64,000 bases of DNA from Octopus sinensis (GCF_006345805.1 NC_042999.1:55056001-55120000); one strand, 5' to 3'; numbered from the stretch's first letter, positions 50,365 through 62,980 are shown. Made by a program: numbers and translations. The notes: a model not told the origin generated them from the sequence alone.

Positions 50365-51209
50365 ACACACATATATATATAAACACACACGTACGTAATC
50401 ACACATACATACCCTTACATATATAGACACATTTGTTCTCACATGTACATAAACTCGCACACACTTACACACTTACTATACACAAACGCATACACACGAA
50501 CATGTACACATATAAACACACACACACACATAAACACACGCATACAAACACTCATACATAGACACACACATATAGCCATATATAAACACACATATACATG
50601 CCATCACAATATACGCGAACATAAACATACATATACAGAAAGATATACACGCACTTGTTTACACATATAACCACACACGTACGTATACAAACAAACGTAA
50701 ACACACGAATACATATTGTAAAGAAAACACTCGCACACACACACACACACATACACATATTTACATGCACACACATCTAGTTAAACAGAACTTGCAATGA
50801 CCAGAGGCTCCGACAACAATGAATATAAGACTCGATGGCTAAAACTGTAACAATATTTTTACACCCGGTTAATACTCGGCTGTGTACACGTTTATCTTCC
50901 GCCAGAAACGATAAAGAAAAGAAGCAATATAGAAGGTTGCCTTTGTTTTTTTTTCTTTTATGACCCTCAACCGACGCTTTGCACCAAACAGCTAGCGTAA
51001 TCCTTCCCTCTCTGAAACGGCCCTCCCTCTCACCCCTGTATCCAGCTAACCCATGGGTGTCAAACGCGTCTGGCTTTGTGGGTTGCATTGAAGTATAAAC
51101 TTGATCTCACAAGCTGAATAGTTACAGTTATTTCTTCTTAACTCCCCAAACCTTATTCATAATGTAGGCCAAAGCAGATGGATAAACGGTCAATTTACTT
51201 AATAATAAC

Positions 51210-51390
51210 TTCATGAATTATAAAGAAAAAGACGGCCAGCTAGGAGAACCGCCAGCATGCCGGATAGAATGTTTAGCGGCATTACGCTCTGAGCACAAAT
51301 TCAGCTGGTGTCGACTTCGCTCTTCATCCTTTTGGGATCCATGAAATAAGTACCAGTTGAACACTGGGGTCGATGTAATCGATTTTGTAC
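51210..51390 (-). mobile_element. SINE family A, decayed
   Basis: Reverse complement of the head and the gtcgac module. Confidence 0.7.
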
Positions 51391-51482
51391 TCATCTGAAA
51401 AACTACTGACCAAGTGCTGAAATTTAAAACCATCGATGAAAGAATATGAGACATATATATATATATATATGTGTATACACAT

Positions 51483-51677
51483 TCAAAATGTGACCGCGTG
51501 TGTACCGTTGGCGATTTTTTTTCCCTCTGTCTTCCCTTCTCCTATGTTTCCGACGAAGAGCTCCGCTCGAAACGTTAAACCCTCCTTTTTTCCTTCTTTC
51601 CTGAGCGCCCAATAATACTATATTTGTTCCACGTCCTCGCGTGTTGTGCTTTTTGTGCTTTCTTGTTTGGATTAACT
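51483..51677 (+). mobile_element. ~200-bp hammerhead-bearing element, copy 3
   Basis: tcaaaatgtgacc..GTTT-CCGACGA-A-GAGC tcc GCTC-GAAA-CG-TT-AAAC (51546-51580)..ggattaact(atat)n. Confidence 0.87.
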
Positions 51678-51681
51678 ATAT

Positions 51682-51715
<34 letters not shown>

Positions 51716-52040
51716 ATATATTATATATATATAGATATAATATATATATATATATTATATACATATATGTATATGTATGTATATGTGTATGTATGTATGC
51801 AGTAGTATGTATGTATGTATGTATTGATAGAAATGGTAAACAACAAATAATGAAAGAGACCTCGATATAATGTAAATAGAGGAATTTATCTGTAAATATA
51901 TGTGACAATTATTCGGTAACCATGATAAAACTCCGAGTTTCGGATGTCGGGGCATATGTATGCAGCCGATAGGTATTTATATTTTTTATTATTTCTGTGG
52001 GAGGTTCTGGAACCTAACAGCTGCAATAGTCGAGGGATTA

Positions 52041-52119
<79 letters not shown>

Positions 52120-52262
52120 AATATATATTATATATATATATATATATGTATGTATATATATATATATATAAACACCGCAAATATATACATATATACATAT
52201 ACATACATACATACACATACATACATACACATGCATACATACATACATATATACATATATAC

Positions 52263-52342
<80 letters not shown>

Positions 52343-52644
52343 ACTATCGAACAATGAGAATGAGTGCTCAATACCACATTGGTGGATAAGATTCTTTATT
52401 TGTGATTTAAGGTTACCATCGGTTTCCTGTAACATACGCCTCAACAATTATCAAGTCTGTCAAATAGAAATGAATGAACCTGTTTCTCTTTCCAGCCAGC
52501 ACAGTTGTCTAGTGTGTAATAAAATGTGTAAAAGCTTGGCCGAGCTTAAAAGTCACATAAGGGCATCACATGGCAACAATCATGAATCATTTCAGTAAGT
52601 CTTCTTGGCAATGGCTTTTCTCGTGTAACGAGGATGCAGCTGTG

Positions 52645-52677
<33 letters not shown>

Positions 52678-52691
52678 TGTATGTATGTATG

Positions 52692-52722
<31 letters not shown>

Positions 52723-52844
52723 GTATGTATGTATGTATATGTGTACCATGTGTGTATGTATGTGTGTGTATGTATATGCATGTATGTATATATGTATATA
52801 TGTATGTATGTATGTACGTGTGACTTTGTCTGCACTAGTACTTT

Positions 52845-53250
52845 TTTTACTTTTTTACTTGTTTCAGTCATGTGACTGTGGCCATGCTGGAGCACCGCCT
52901 TTAATCGACCCCAGGACATATTCTTTTGTAAGCCTGGTACTTATTCTATCGGTCGCTTTTGCCGAACCGCTAAGTTACGGAGACGTAAACACACCAGCAT
53001 CGGTTGTCAAGCGATGTTGGGGGGACAAACGCAGACACACGAACATATACACACACACACATATATATATATACATATATACGTCTACCAAATCCACTCA
53101 CGAGTTTCCGTCTACCAAATCCACTCACGAGGCTTTGGTCGGCCCGAAGCTATAGTAGAAGACACTTGCCCAAGGTGCCACGCAGTGGGACTGAACCCAG
53201 AACCATGTAGTTCGTAAACAAGCTACTTACCACACAGCCACTCCTACGCC
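52845..53250 (-). mobile_element. SINE family B with an internal 27-bp tandem duplication
   Basis: gtctaccaaatccactcacgag occurs twice at ~53082-53130. Confidence 0.9.
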
Positions 53251-53504
53251 TATATATAGTGTATATATATATCATAAATTTCATAGTACTATTGTACATT
53301 TTACAAGATAAGACACGAATAGAAGGCTAGCTCACCAGACCCATAGATTATCATGGTTACATCGATTCGTCAAGTTAGCGCTATGCATTGGATAACTATG
53401 TGGTTTGTAACCTGGTCCAAGAAAGGTGCTTGTTTCACGATTACCACTGGATTATATACATCCATATGTTGTACATTAAATATTAGCACACAGTCATGCC
53501 TGCG

Positions 53505-53505
<1 letters not shown>

Positions 53506-53596
<91 letters not shown>

Positions 53597-53697
53597 CGAA
53601 AACCTACGCCACCTTTTTTTTTTCATCCCCCAAAAGGAAAGCTCTACCTTGTAATTTGTCCCATCTGCGTGCAGCCCTGTGTGGCCAATAAAGAAAC

Positions 53698-53768
<71 letters not shown>

Positions 53769-53866
53769 CGAAAACCTACGCCACCTTTTTTTTTTCATCC
53801 CCCAAAAGGAAAGTCTACCTTGTAATTGTCCATCTGCGTGCAGCCCTGTGTGGCCAATAAAGAAAC

Positions 53867-53950
<84 letters not shown>
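53506..53950 (+). repeat. Three (ATCT)n arrays separating two ~100-bp Tx1-LINE 3'-end copies (53595-53698, 53767-53867)
   Basis: Both inserts end aaaggaaagctctaccttgtaatttg..gcagccctgtgtggccaataaagaaac, as does the long LINE at 56900-56967. Confidence 0.9.
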
Positions 53951-53955
53951 ACAAG

Positions 53956-56900
53956 CGATTAGGTACAGCAAAGCACTAGCCATAGATAGAAATAGAGTAG
54001 AGGGTGAGCTAGTTAAGAAGCTAGAAGAGGCAATTAGAAGCGGCATCGCATCCGACGTTCTGGCGGCGAGGTTGGCCCTCGACCAACACTTCAACGCCAA
54101 ACACGAAGGATGTGCTGTCAGAGCTAGGATGCGTGCTCTAAGGAACGAAGGTATTGGAGCCGCGAGAGAGGCCCGGGTGGCAGAGGCGCAACAGGGCAAC
54201 AAAGCCACCATTCGGTCACTGGTAGATGAACAGGGGCGCGAATTGCTCGAGCCAAGTAAAATGTGTGAGGCCTTTCAGCAGCATTTTGCCCGACTGTTCG
54301 GGACGAGTGGAGGGCAAGAACGTAGGGTAGACTTCAGTGCCTACCTACATAGCCTGCCACGACTCTCGACAAAAAGGCAGGGTGCTGCGAAGGTGCCATC
54401 ACGGCGGCGGAAGTGCGGGAAGCGATGGCAGAATGCTCGAGGGACAAATCACCGGGTTTGGATGGTCTACCCTACGAATTTTACTATTGTATGCCAGACT
54501 TGTTTGGAGACGTCTTGGCAGCGGTATACTGCAACTGGCAGCAAAACGGGAGCATACCCGGTTTTGTGAGTCGAGGAGCTGTAACTCTGCTGAAGAAAGA
54601 TCCAAACAAGGGAAACATATAGATAACTTTAGGCCATCACTCTGCTCAATGCAGACCTGAAAATTTTGACAAAGGTGTTAGCCAAGAGGTTGGCGCTTGT
54701 CATGGAGAAACTGGTCGACAACGCACAAACGTGCGCCGTGCCGGGCCGGAGCATCCATGACAACCTCCATCTGATGCGCTACATCATAGACAGGGTAGTT
54801 AACGAACCTGGCATGGGTGGGGCCCTGATCAATTTGGATCAATCGAAAGCCTTTGATAGGGTAGACCATCGATACTTGGAGGCAGTCCTGAGAGCGGCTG
54901 GTTTCGGTCCCGTCTTCCGCGGCTGGATAGCTGCCTTGTACAGGGGCATCCGTTCGGTAATTCGCGTAAATGGACATCTATCGAGACCCTTCGACATTGC
55001 ACGTTCGGTCCGTCAGGGATGCCCCCTCTCGGCGCTTCTATACGTATTGACTCTTGAGCCACTACTGCGGAAGCTGGCGACTCTGAGGGGCATCCCGCGA
55101 GAATTAGGATGCGGGACGAGCGTGTCTGCATACGCGGACGACGTCACCGTCATAGTGTCAAGCCACGAGCACATCGAGCGGGTCGGCGAGACACTGAAAG
55201 ACTACGAAGCGGTGACAGGAGCAAAAATCAACCGGGAAAGTCAGTGGGCTTGCGGCTCGGCACCTGGAGAAGCAAGCCCATGCCGTCCACCAGTACCTCC
55301 GTCGTGGGACGCTGGACAGACGGCCCGGTGAGTTGCTCGGGGTCTGGTTCGGTCCGGACCTCCAAATGGAGAAGAACTGGAACGAGATAACGAGTAGGGT
55401 GGTCACTCTCGCCCAGCAATGGGCCGAGAGGAAACTGTCCCTAAAAGGTCGGGCGGAGGTGGTGAACGCGTACATCGCGTCCATCATCTACTACCGCCTG
55501 ACCGTCGTACCTTGTCCCGACCCTACCATCACCAAACTAGAACGCATTCTCTTCCGCTTCTTGTGGAAAGGATGCGTCCCGATGGTCAGGCGATCCATTT
55601 GCTGTCAACACCCGTTAAAATGAGGGCTGGGCATGCCGTGGTTGATGATGCGCAGACACGCGCTGAGACTGCGACATCTCCGGCTCTATGTAGACGACGG
55701 TGAACAGGTGTGGTCGCCGTTTGTGAGGCACGCATTCCCGCAACTCGTCTCCATGACCGAACTACAGTCGTGGATCAAAAAGAGCCGAAGAAGGGCGAAT
55801 GGCACCGCGAGTGTCGCGTTGCTCTCAAGCAACTCTGCCGTCCCGGGTCGACCTTGAGTGACTTCAACACAACCAAAGCATTCTATAGGGGATTAATGGA
55901 GGGGAGGTACGACGACGAGCTCGGGGCAAACCTGGCGTCGACGAGGAATACCTGACCCGCCTGTTTCAAACGACTTTCGGCCCGGGACCTATGGACAACT
56001 TCCAGAGATCCCTGGCCTGGCGGTGCTACCGAGAAGCGCTACCCGTTCGGGATAAGCTCTATAGGCATGGCTCGAGAAACACGGGGCCGACCTGCCCGAG
56101 ATGCGGGCAGAGCGACGAAACCGCTCTGCACGCAATCGTGCAGTGTCCAGCAATTTCCCACCTGTGGGCTTATGTCGAACGACTGCTGTCACGTGTGGGA
56201 CGTGTCGGTTTATCAGCCGAGTCTATCGTTATATCGTCACGCCTCCTTCCTTCAAACGGGAAGGAAGAGCTATTTTTATCATACTTGTGGCTATGGCGAA
56301 GAATGTATCTGGTGGACGCGTCTGAAAGGATTAGAGACAAACACTTTCCTCTCTGGTCAATCTCTCATCAACTTCTTCAAGTATCACTTGAAGAAAAAAG
56401 TGAGAGTAGAAAGGCAAGTTTTGTCTAGTGAATGTTTTAAAAAAAGATGGGTGAATGTAGCAAGGATGGCACGTATGAATGACGAAGCCACCTTGACTAT
56501 GATTCTATGAACTGTAAAAATTAATACAGAGAGTTGCTTATTTGCAAAAAAAAAAAAAAAGAAATATAACATGTGACTTCATTGACCGAGGTTACCTTGG
56601 TCTTTTCCGTAGGCTTTTCTTTCCACGGGTAAACCTCACCTGTCCTCCCCTTTACACTTCATATTGACATTTCTGTGATAACGATCCCTATTGATCAAAT
56701 TTTTTTCCTCTCCCCCTTTTTTTTTAACCCCCCCCCTTTTTTGTCCTCTTTCTCTCCTTTTACGATCCCTTTTGATCGAACCCCCCTTTTTTATTTTATT
56801 TTATTTGTTATTTTATTATTATTTTTTTTTTTAATTTAAATTTTTTTTAATATTTTTTTTTTATTTTTTTATTTTTTTAATTTTTTTTTTTTTAAACCTT

Positions 56901-56968
56901 CAAAAGAAAAGCTCTACCTTGTAATTTGTTCTATCTGTGTGCAGCCCTGTGTGGCTAATAAAGAAACA
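53956..56968 (+). mobile_element. 5'-truncated Tx1/L1-clade LINE (ORF2 RT plus zf-RVT, frameshifted) with 12-bp TSD TATCTATACAAG
   Basis: KSPGLDGLPYEFY, FRP, QTCAVPGRSIHDNL, LDQSKAFDRVDH, VRQGCPLS, SAYADDVT, CPRCGQSDETALH..CP; ORF ends 56510; T-rich 3'UTR with AATAAA; TSD at 53944-53955 and 56969-56980. Confidence 0.95.
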
Positions 56969-57073
56969 TATCTATACAAGGGGCATTTTCCTTGTATTTG
57001 AATACTATGCAAATATCCTTTTAAAATACTTCTCCTTTAATTTTTCCAAAATTTGATTGTTTTCCATACTTAC

Positions 57074-57109
57074 CAGCTGAAAAAGTCTCAATGACCGAAA
57101 CCGGTACTG
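57074..57109 (+). ncRNA. Degenerate minimal hammerhead-like motif
   Basis: CAG-CTGAAAA-aGTC tcaat GACc-GAAA-CCGG-TA-CTG; palindromic stem III ACCGGT; G8 replaced by A. Confidence 0.6.
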
Positions 57110-58009
57110 AAATGCTTTTTATAAAATTATCTTAGCATTTTCTACCTTGACTTTTTTTCCGTTTATATATCAACCCCTGTGTTCCTTTTCAAACTTCTAC
57201 ATATGTGTGTAATATATATATATATATATATATATTATTATATATATATTATTATACAACCCCGTTACAAGGACCCCACTACCAGCTCTGGGTTTGGGGT
57301 TTGATATAACCTTATCTGAATACGTTATGTGATTAGAGATCGCTTTTGTTAATCTAGTACAACTGTTTGTTTACACTGAATCGATGTCCTACCGTTTATG
57401 AATTGTACGTCACACGGGTTTCTTACACACAGAAGGGCTATTAATGCAATTGGCTGTCTGGTGTTGGGCGTTAACCAAGAAATATAAATTTGAATCTCAC
57501 CTCTAACTCGTTTATTTATTTTTCTCCCCTCTCATTCCCCTGGGTTTTTTTTTCTTTGCAGTTTATCAACTCACATTATTATATACACAACTTCAACCTT
57601 CGGCTTGCTTTCTTAAGTAATTTTTCATTTATTACAACCAGCCAACGTGGAGTTTAATGCATAGCTGCACTCCGTACAGAAGGACACTGAATATACGGTA
57701 TTAAAAAACTAAACACAAAGTCTATAACTTTCAAATAAAACCTTATATTGTTATAGAAATACAACAAAACACCTTTGGTCGTATAATACAGGGTGTGACA
57801 GGAAAACCTCCCATATTTTTACACAGCCATTGGTGTGGTACCAGTGACGTTAGACAGGTGTTAAGAGTCTCTCTTCATGTTGCTAATGTTTATTGTTTTG
57901 CCTTCAGTTCGTTTATCATTATTCTTTAGATTGCTGCCTGCCGTGTATTTGATATTTGACCGATTATCAAGAATTGGCTTATCAGCGAGGCAGCAGCGAT
58001 CAGTAGTCT

Positions 58010-58460
58010 TTATTCTTTTATTTATTTATTACGTGTTTTAGCTATTAGACTGCGGCCATGCTAGAGCATTGCCTTGTAGAATTTTTAGTCGAAGGAATTA
58101 ACTCCAGTACTATTTTTTTTAAAGCCTGGAATTTATTCTACCGAAAGGATGAAAGGCGAAGTCAACCTCGGTGCTAAGCATTTCGCCCTGCGTGCTAACG
58201 TTTCTGCCAGCTCACCGCCTTAGCGATTGGCATATTCTCATTCGAATTTGCCAGAACGGATTGAGAGGGACACACACACACACACGCTCTCGCGCGCGCG
58301 TGATGCGCTTCTTCCAGTTTCCGTCTACCAAATCCACTCACAAGGCTTTGGTCGATCCGAGCTATAGTGAAAGACATTTGCCCAAAGTGCCACGTAGTGG
58401 GACCGAACCCAAAACCAAGTGGTTGGGAAGCAAGCTTCTTACCACCCAGCCACTCCTGAG
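58010..58460 (-). mobile_element. Mosaic of SINE B 3' part (58010-58130), SINE A head (58141-58222) and SINE B 5' part (58300-58460)
   Basis: Family patterns on the minus strand. Confidence 0.78.
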
Positions 58461-58471
58461 CCTATGTTCAC

Positions 58472-58654
58472 CTTCTGACAGTTTTGAACGTGTGTATTTG
58501 CTGATTGCTGCTGTATTTGCCATTATTTTTAGAAGATGTGTGTTCATCGATATAAGGGGCTTTGAGTCACCGCGGAGTGTCAAAATGTGTCTCTTATTGT
58601 GTACTTGCTCAATCAAAGTTACACTCGGATCAAGGAATCTAACAAGAGCACTGT
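58472..58654 (-). CDS. Candidate internal coding exon of an unidentified host gene (183 bp, phase 1-1)
   Basis: Acceptor gtttctataaacag|, donor GAAG|gtgaac; open frame (D)SALVRFLDPSVTLIEQVHNKRHILTLRGDSKPLISMNTHLLKIMANTAAISKYTRSKLSE(G); unique sequence between SINE fragments. Protein not recognised. Confidence 0.35.
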
Positions 58655-59014
58655 CTGTTTATAGAAACCAACAAACCAACAAATTATTTCCTGATGCGCA
58701 GGCATGTGGTAAGGACTTTGCTTCCCAACCACATGACTCTGGGTTCTATCCCACTTAAAATCGACCCCAGTACTTTAAAAAATGTACGAGGGTCGATTCG
58801 TTCGAGTAAAAGATTTTCTAGGCGGTGCCCCGGAATGGCTGCAGTCTAATGACTGAAACAAGTAAAAGATAAAAGATCTGAGATACCTATAAGTTGTCTG
58901 TTAAACTGATAATAATTCATGAGGTGCTCAAAGAACAGATAACAGCCAAACGATGACTTATTTATTCATTCTCAATCCGTTCTGGCAAATTCGAATGAGA
59001 ATATGCCAATCGCT

Positions 59015-59405
59015 AAGGCGGTGAGCTGGCAGAAACGTCAGCACGCAGGGCGAAATGCTTAGCACCGAGGTTGACTTTGCCTTTCATCCTTTCAGGGTCG
59101 GTAAATTAAGTACCAGTTACGCACTGGGGTTGATGTAATCGACTTAATCCCTTTGTCTGTCATTGTTTGTCCCCTCTATGTTTTGCCCCTTGTGGGCAAT
59201 AAAAGAAATAAGAAACGTTAGGAAAGGGGCCAAATACTTAGCGGTATTTCGTCTATCTTTATGTTCTGAGTTCAAATTCCACCGAGGTCGACTTTGCCTT
59301 TCATGCTTTCAGGGTCGATAAATTAAGTAGCAGTTGAGTACTGGAGTCGATTTAATCAACTGGCCCCCTCCCCAAAAGTTTCGGGCCATGTGCCTAAAAC
59401 AGAAA
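59015..59405 (+). mobile_element. SINE family A with 17-bp TSD
   Basis: agaatatgccaatcgct (58998-59014) versus agaatatgctaatcgct (59406-59422); the head has a ~45-bp internal deletion. Confidence 0.92.
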
Positions 59406-60342
59406 AGAATATGCTAATCGCTCTTGTTTTTCCACATCGGAGAGCACATCGTCCCTTTAGATGAATGGTGTGTTTATAGCACACGATTCATTGCTATAAG
59501 GGGATATTGCGATTCCTTGATGTTTCAGTCAAAGCTGCACCGGATCAATGAATCTAAACGATTCCCGTGTACTATGAACACCCATCGTCTAAAGGGAGTG
59601 GGGAGTATTCTCCGAAGACGGAAAATAGAGATCAACATATTCACTCTCAGATCAGCCAGAACGTATTAAGAATGAACGGAAAATGTTATTATTTGGATTT
59701 TTACCGTTCTGCGAGCACCCATGAAATATCAACAGTTTCGCAGACATCATCACGTATCAGTAAATATTTAGTTTACTGAATTCTATAAACAAGAGTTCGT
59801 GCTCTTGTCGGATTCACTGAGGAGAGACATATAATAAAGCTTTGATTGAGGAGACATACAATAAGCTCGAAATACCACGTGTCTAAAAGTGCCCTTACAC
59901 CGGTGAATTACATGGGTTATGAACACACATCGTCTGACGAGAGAAGACGATAAACAACAGCGATCAGCAAATTCATGTTCGAATCTAGCTGAACGTATCG
60001 AAAATAAATAGAAAACGTTATTGTTTAGATTCATGGTATTTCACGTGCAGCTAATGAATTACTGATTAATTAAAATCAATTAAGAATTAAGCGGTGGTTG
60101 TGGGACATTAAGTGGATAGGGAATTTTATAACGGTTAAATTGACTAAGAAGTGTATATAAACAACCGGAACTAGATTTAATTCGTTAGAAGTATGTTTTC
60201 CGTTTTTTATTTACGTCTACTAAAGCCATCGAGAAAGGCATGACTGCCCCATAATTTTGTTCTACTCCACCACTGACGCCTTATCATCGTCATCGTCATC
60301 CTCCTCCTCCTCCTCCTCCTCCTCATCATCATCATCATCATC

Positions 60343-60382
<40 letters not shown>

Positions 60383-60429
60383 GCAACAATAGCGGCAGGA
60401 TTAACATCACCATCAACATCAATCCCTGA

Positions 60430-60695
60430 ACATTACTCTTTCGAGTCCTAGGACACACGGAGCCGGTGTTACCTGGTTTCCTTGGCATACAAGTACCCAA
60501 GATCACAACATTCCCCACCTGGATGGGACGCCAGTACCTCGCAGGATTACTCATTTCTGCCAGCTGAATGGATTTGAGCAAAGTGAAATGAAGTGTTTTG
60601 CTCAAGAACACAACACACCACCTGCGTCGGGAATTGAAAACATTATCTTGCGATCGTGAGTAAGACACCTTAATCACTTTGGCCACGCGCCTTCA
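60430..60695 (-). mobile_element. SINE family C
   Basis: Reverse complement tgaaggcgcgtggccaaagtgattaagg..gtgttcttgagcaaaacacttcatttcac. Confidence 0.8.
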
Positions 60696-61149
60696 TTTCA
60701 CTCTATAAAGCTTTGACCTGTTTTTTGGGTTTTTTTTTTGCATAAGTACGGAGTTTTTCTATTGTAATAATGGGTAACTGGACCCGGCCTGAATAGAAGA
60801 AGTAAATTCAGATGTTTTTTCAGGTGTGTGCGGCAATAAAGACAGTTGAAGCGAAGTTCCAGGTGTGACAACAACAACAACAACAACAACAACAGCTTAA
60901 ACACCTCCTGTTAATCTGAGACTGACCATAATTTAAACAGGAACTAAGCCGCAATAAATAAATACGGTGTACTATCAAAAGATCAAGAAGGTCATACCTT
61001 ATCTGAAGGCCTGATGGAGTAGCACTTACCCCTTAATAGAAAACAGACACAGCGCTTTATAGCTGACGGTTTATTTTACGCACACACAAACACACACCAC
61101 ACACACACACACACCCACACACACACACACACAGACACTCACACACACA

Positions 61150-61385
61150 AACTGTGTATATACTTATTTGTGTGTCTGTGTTTGTCCACCCCCACCACCG
61201 CTCGACAACCGATGTTGGTGTCTTTACGTTCCCGTAAACTTAGCAGTTCGGCAAAAAGGAAACCGATAGAATAAATACTAGGCTTACAAAGAATAATTCC
61301 TGGGGTCGATTTGTTCGATTAAAGGCGGTGCTCCAGCATGGCCGCAATCAAGATGACTGAAACAAGTAAAAGAAAAAAAAAGAAA
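61150..61385 (+). mobile_element. SINE family B, 3' half
   Basis: ggcggtgctccagcatggccgcaatcaagatgactgaaacaagtaaaag. Confidence 0.85.
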
Positions 61386-61407
61386 TATATATACATACAT
61401 ATATATA

Positions 61408-61452
<45 letters not shown>

Positions 61453-61460
61453 TACACACA

Positions 61461-61512
<52 letters not shown>

Positions 61513-61518
61513 GAGAGA

Positions 61519-61561
<43 letters not shown>

Positions 61562-61566
<5 letters not shown>

Positions 61567-61775
61567 ATCCAAACAAGAAAGCACAACAAGCACAACAACG
61601 CGAGGACGTGGAACAAATATAGTATTATTGGACGCTCAGGAAAGAAGGAAAAAAGGAGGGTTTAACGTTTCGAGCGGAGGTTTTCGTCGGAAACATAGGA
61701 GAAGGAAAGATCCAGAGAAGGGAAGACAGAGGGAAAAAATCGCCAACGGTACACACGAGGTCACATTTTGAAAGG
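61562..61775 (-). mobile_element. ~200-bp hammerhead-bearing element, copy 4 (stem II mutated)
   Basis: Same termini as copies 2 and 3, (TA)n on both sides; motif 61660-61694 has a broken GAGC/GCTC stem. Confidence 0.87.
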
Positions 61776-61812
61776 ATATATATATATATATATATTCACG
61801 ACATCTCTTCGG

Positions 61813-61870
<58 letters not shown>

Positions 61871-61948
61871 CATACATATACACACACACACACACACACA
61901 CGCACACACACACACACACACCACACACACACACCCACACACACACAC

Positions 61949-62022
<74 letters not shown>

Positions 62023-62489
62023 TATATATATTGTTATTGTTGTTGTTTCGCCCTAAGTTCAGTTTTTATTGACCAGACTTATGATCGAAGATGTTTCAGC
62101 CGTGACCATCACACCTTTTTTTCCCAGCTGTCCATTCTATCTCAGCATTATCCAATGTGTTGTTTGAACCTTTGAAGACGTCAGACTATGATTTGAGAGA
62201 GATCTGGTTGCCATTTCTAGCTCGTCGTGCAGCCACATAGTATATCCCTTTACTAGATTGTTGTTGTTGCTGTTGTTGTCGTTGGCGGCGGCGGTGGTGG
62301 TGTCTGAGAAGGTGATGATTGTCGGGGTCGGTCACTTTGATGACTATAGTGGTGGTCACGCTGACGGGTTTTGGCAGGATGATGGCGGGGTGGGTGGTAT
62401 TGCTGTAGGGGGAGGGGTTAATGGGGTGGGAGCAGGGCCAATGGTTGTCATACTTCATGAATATGGAGATAGCATCTCAGCGTGTCAAA

Positions 62490-62908
62490 CGTTGGTGTGT
62501 ACGTACGTATGTATGTACGTACGTATGTATGTATGTATGTATGTATGTATGTATGTATGTATGTATGTATGTATGTATGTATGTATGTACGTAAGTATAT
62601 ATGCATGTATGCATGTATGTATGTACGTAAGTATGTATGTATGTATATATGTATGTATGTATGTATGCATGCATGTATGTATGTATGTATGTATGTATGT
62701 ATGTATGTATGTATGCATGCATGTATGTATGTATGCATGTATGCATGTATGCATGTATGTATGTATGTATGTATGTATGTATGTATGTATGTATATATGT
62801 ATGTATGCATGTATGCATGTATGTATGTATGTATGTATGTATGTATGTATGTATGTATGTATGTACGTACGTGTGTACGTGTGTGCGAGTGTATACGTGT
62901 GTATGTGT

Positions 62909-62947
<39 letters not shown>

Positions 62948-62950
62948 CGA
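62490..62950. repeat. (TATG)n/(TG)n compound microsatellite
   Basis: Direct sequence. Confidence 0.95.
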
Positions 62951-62980
62951 AACATGTTAAAGCCACAGTATATATATATA

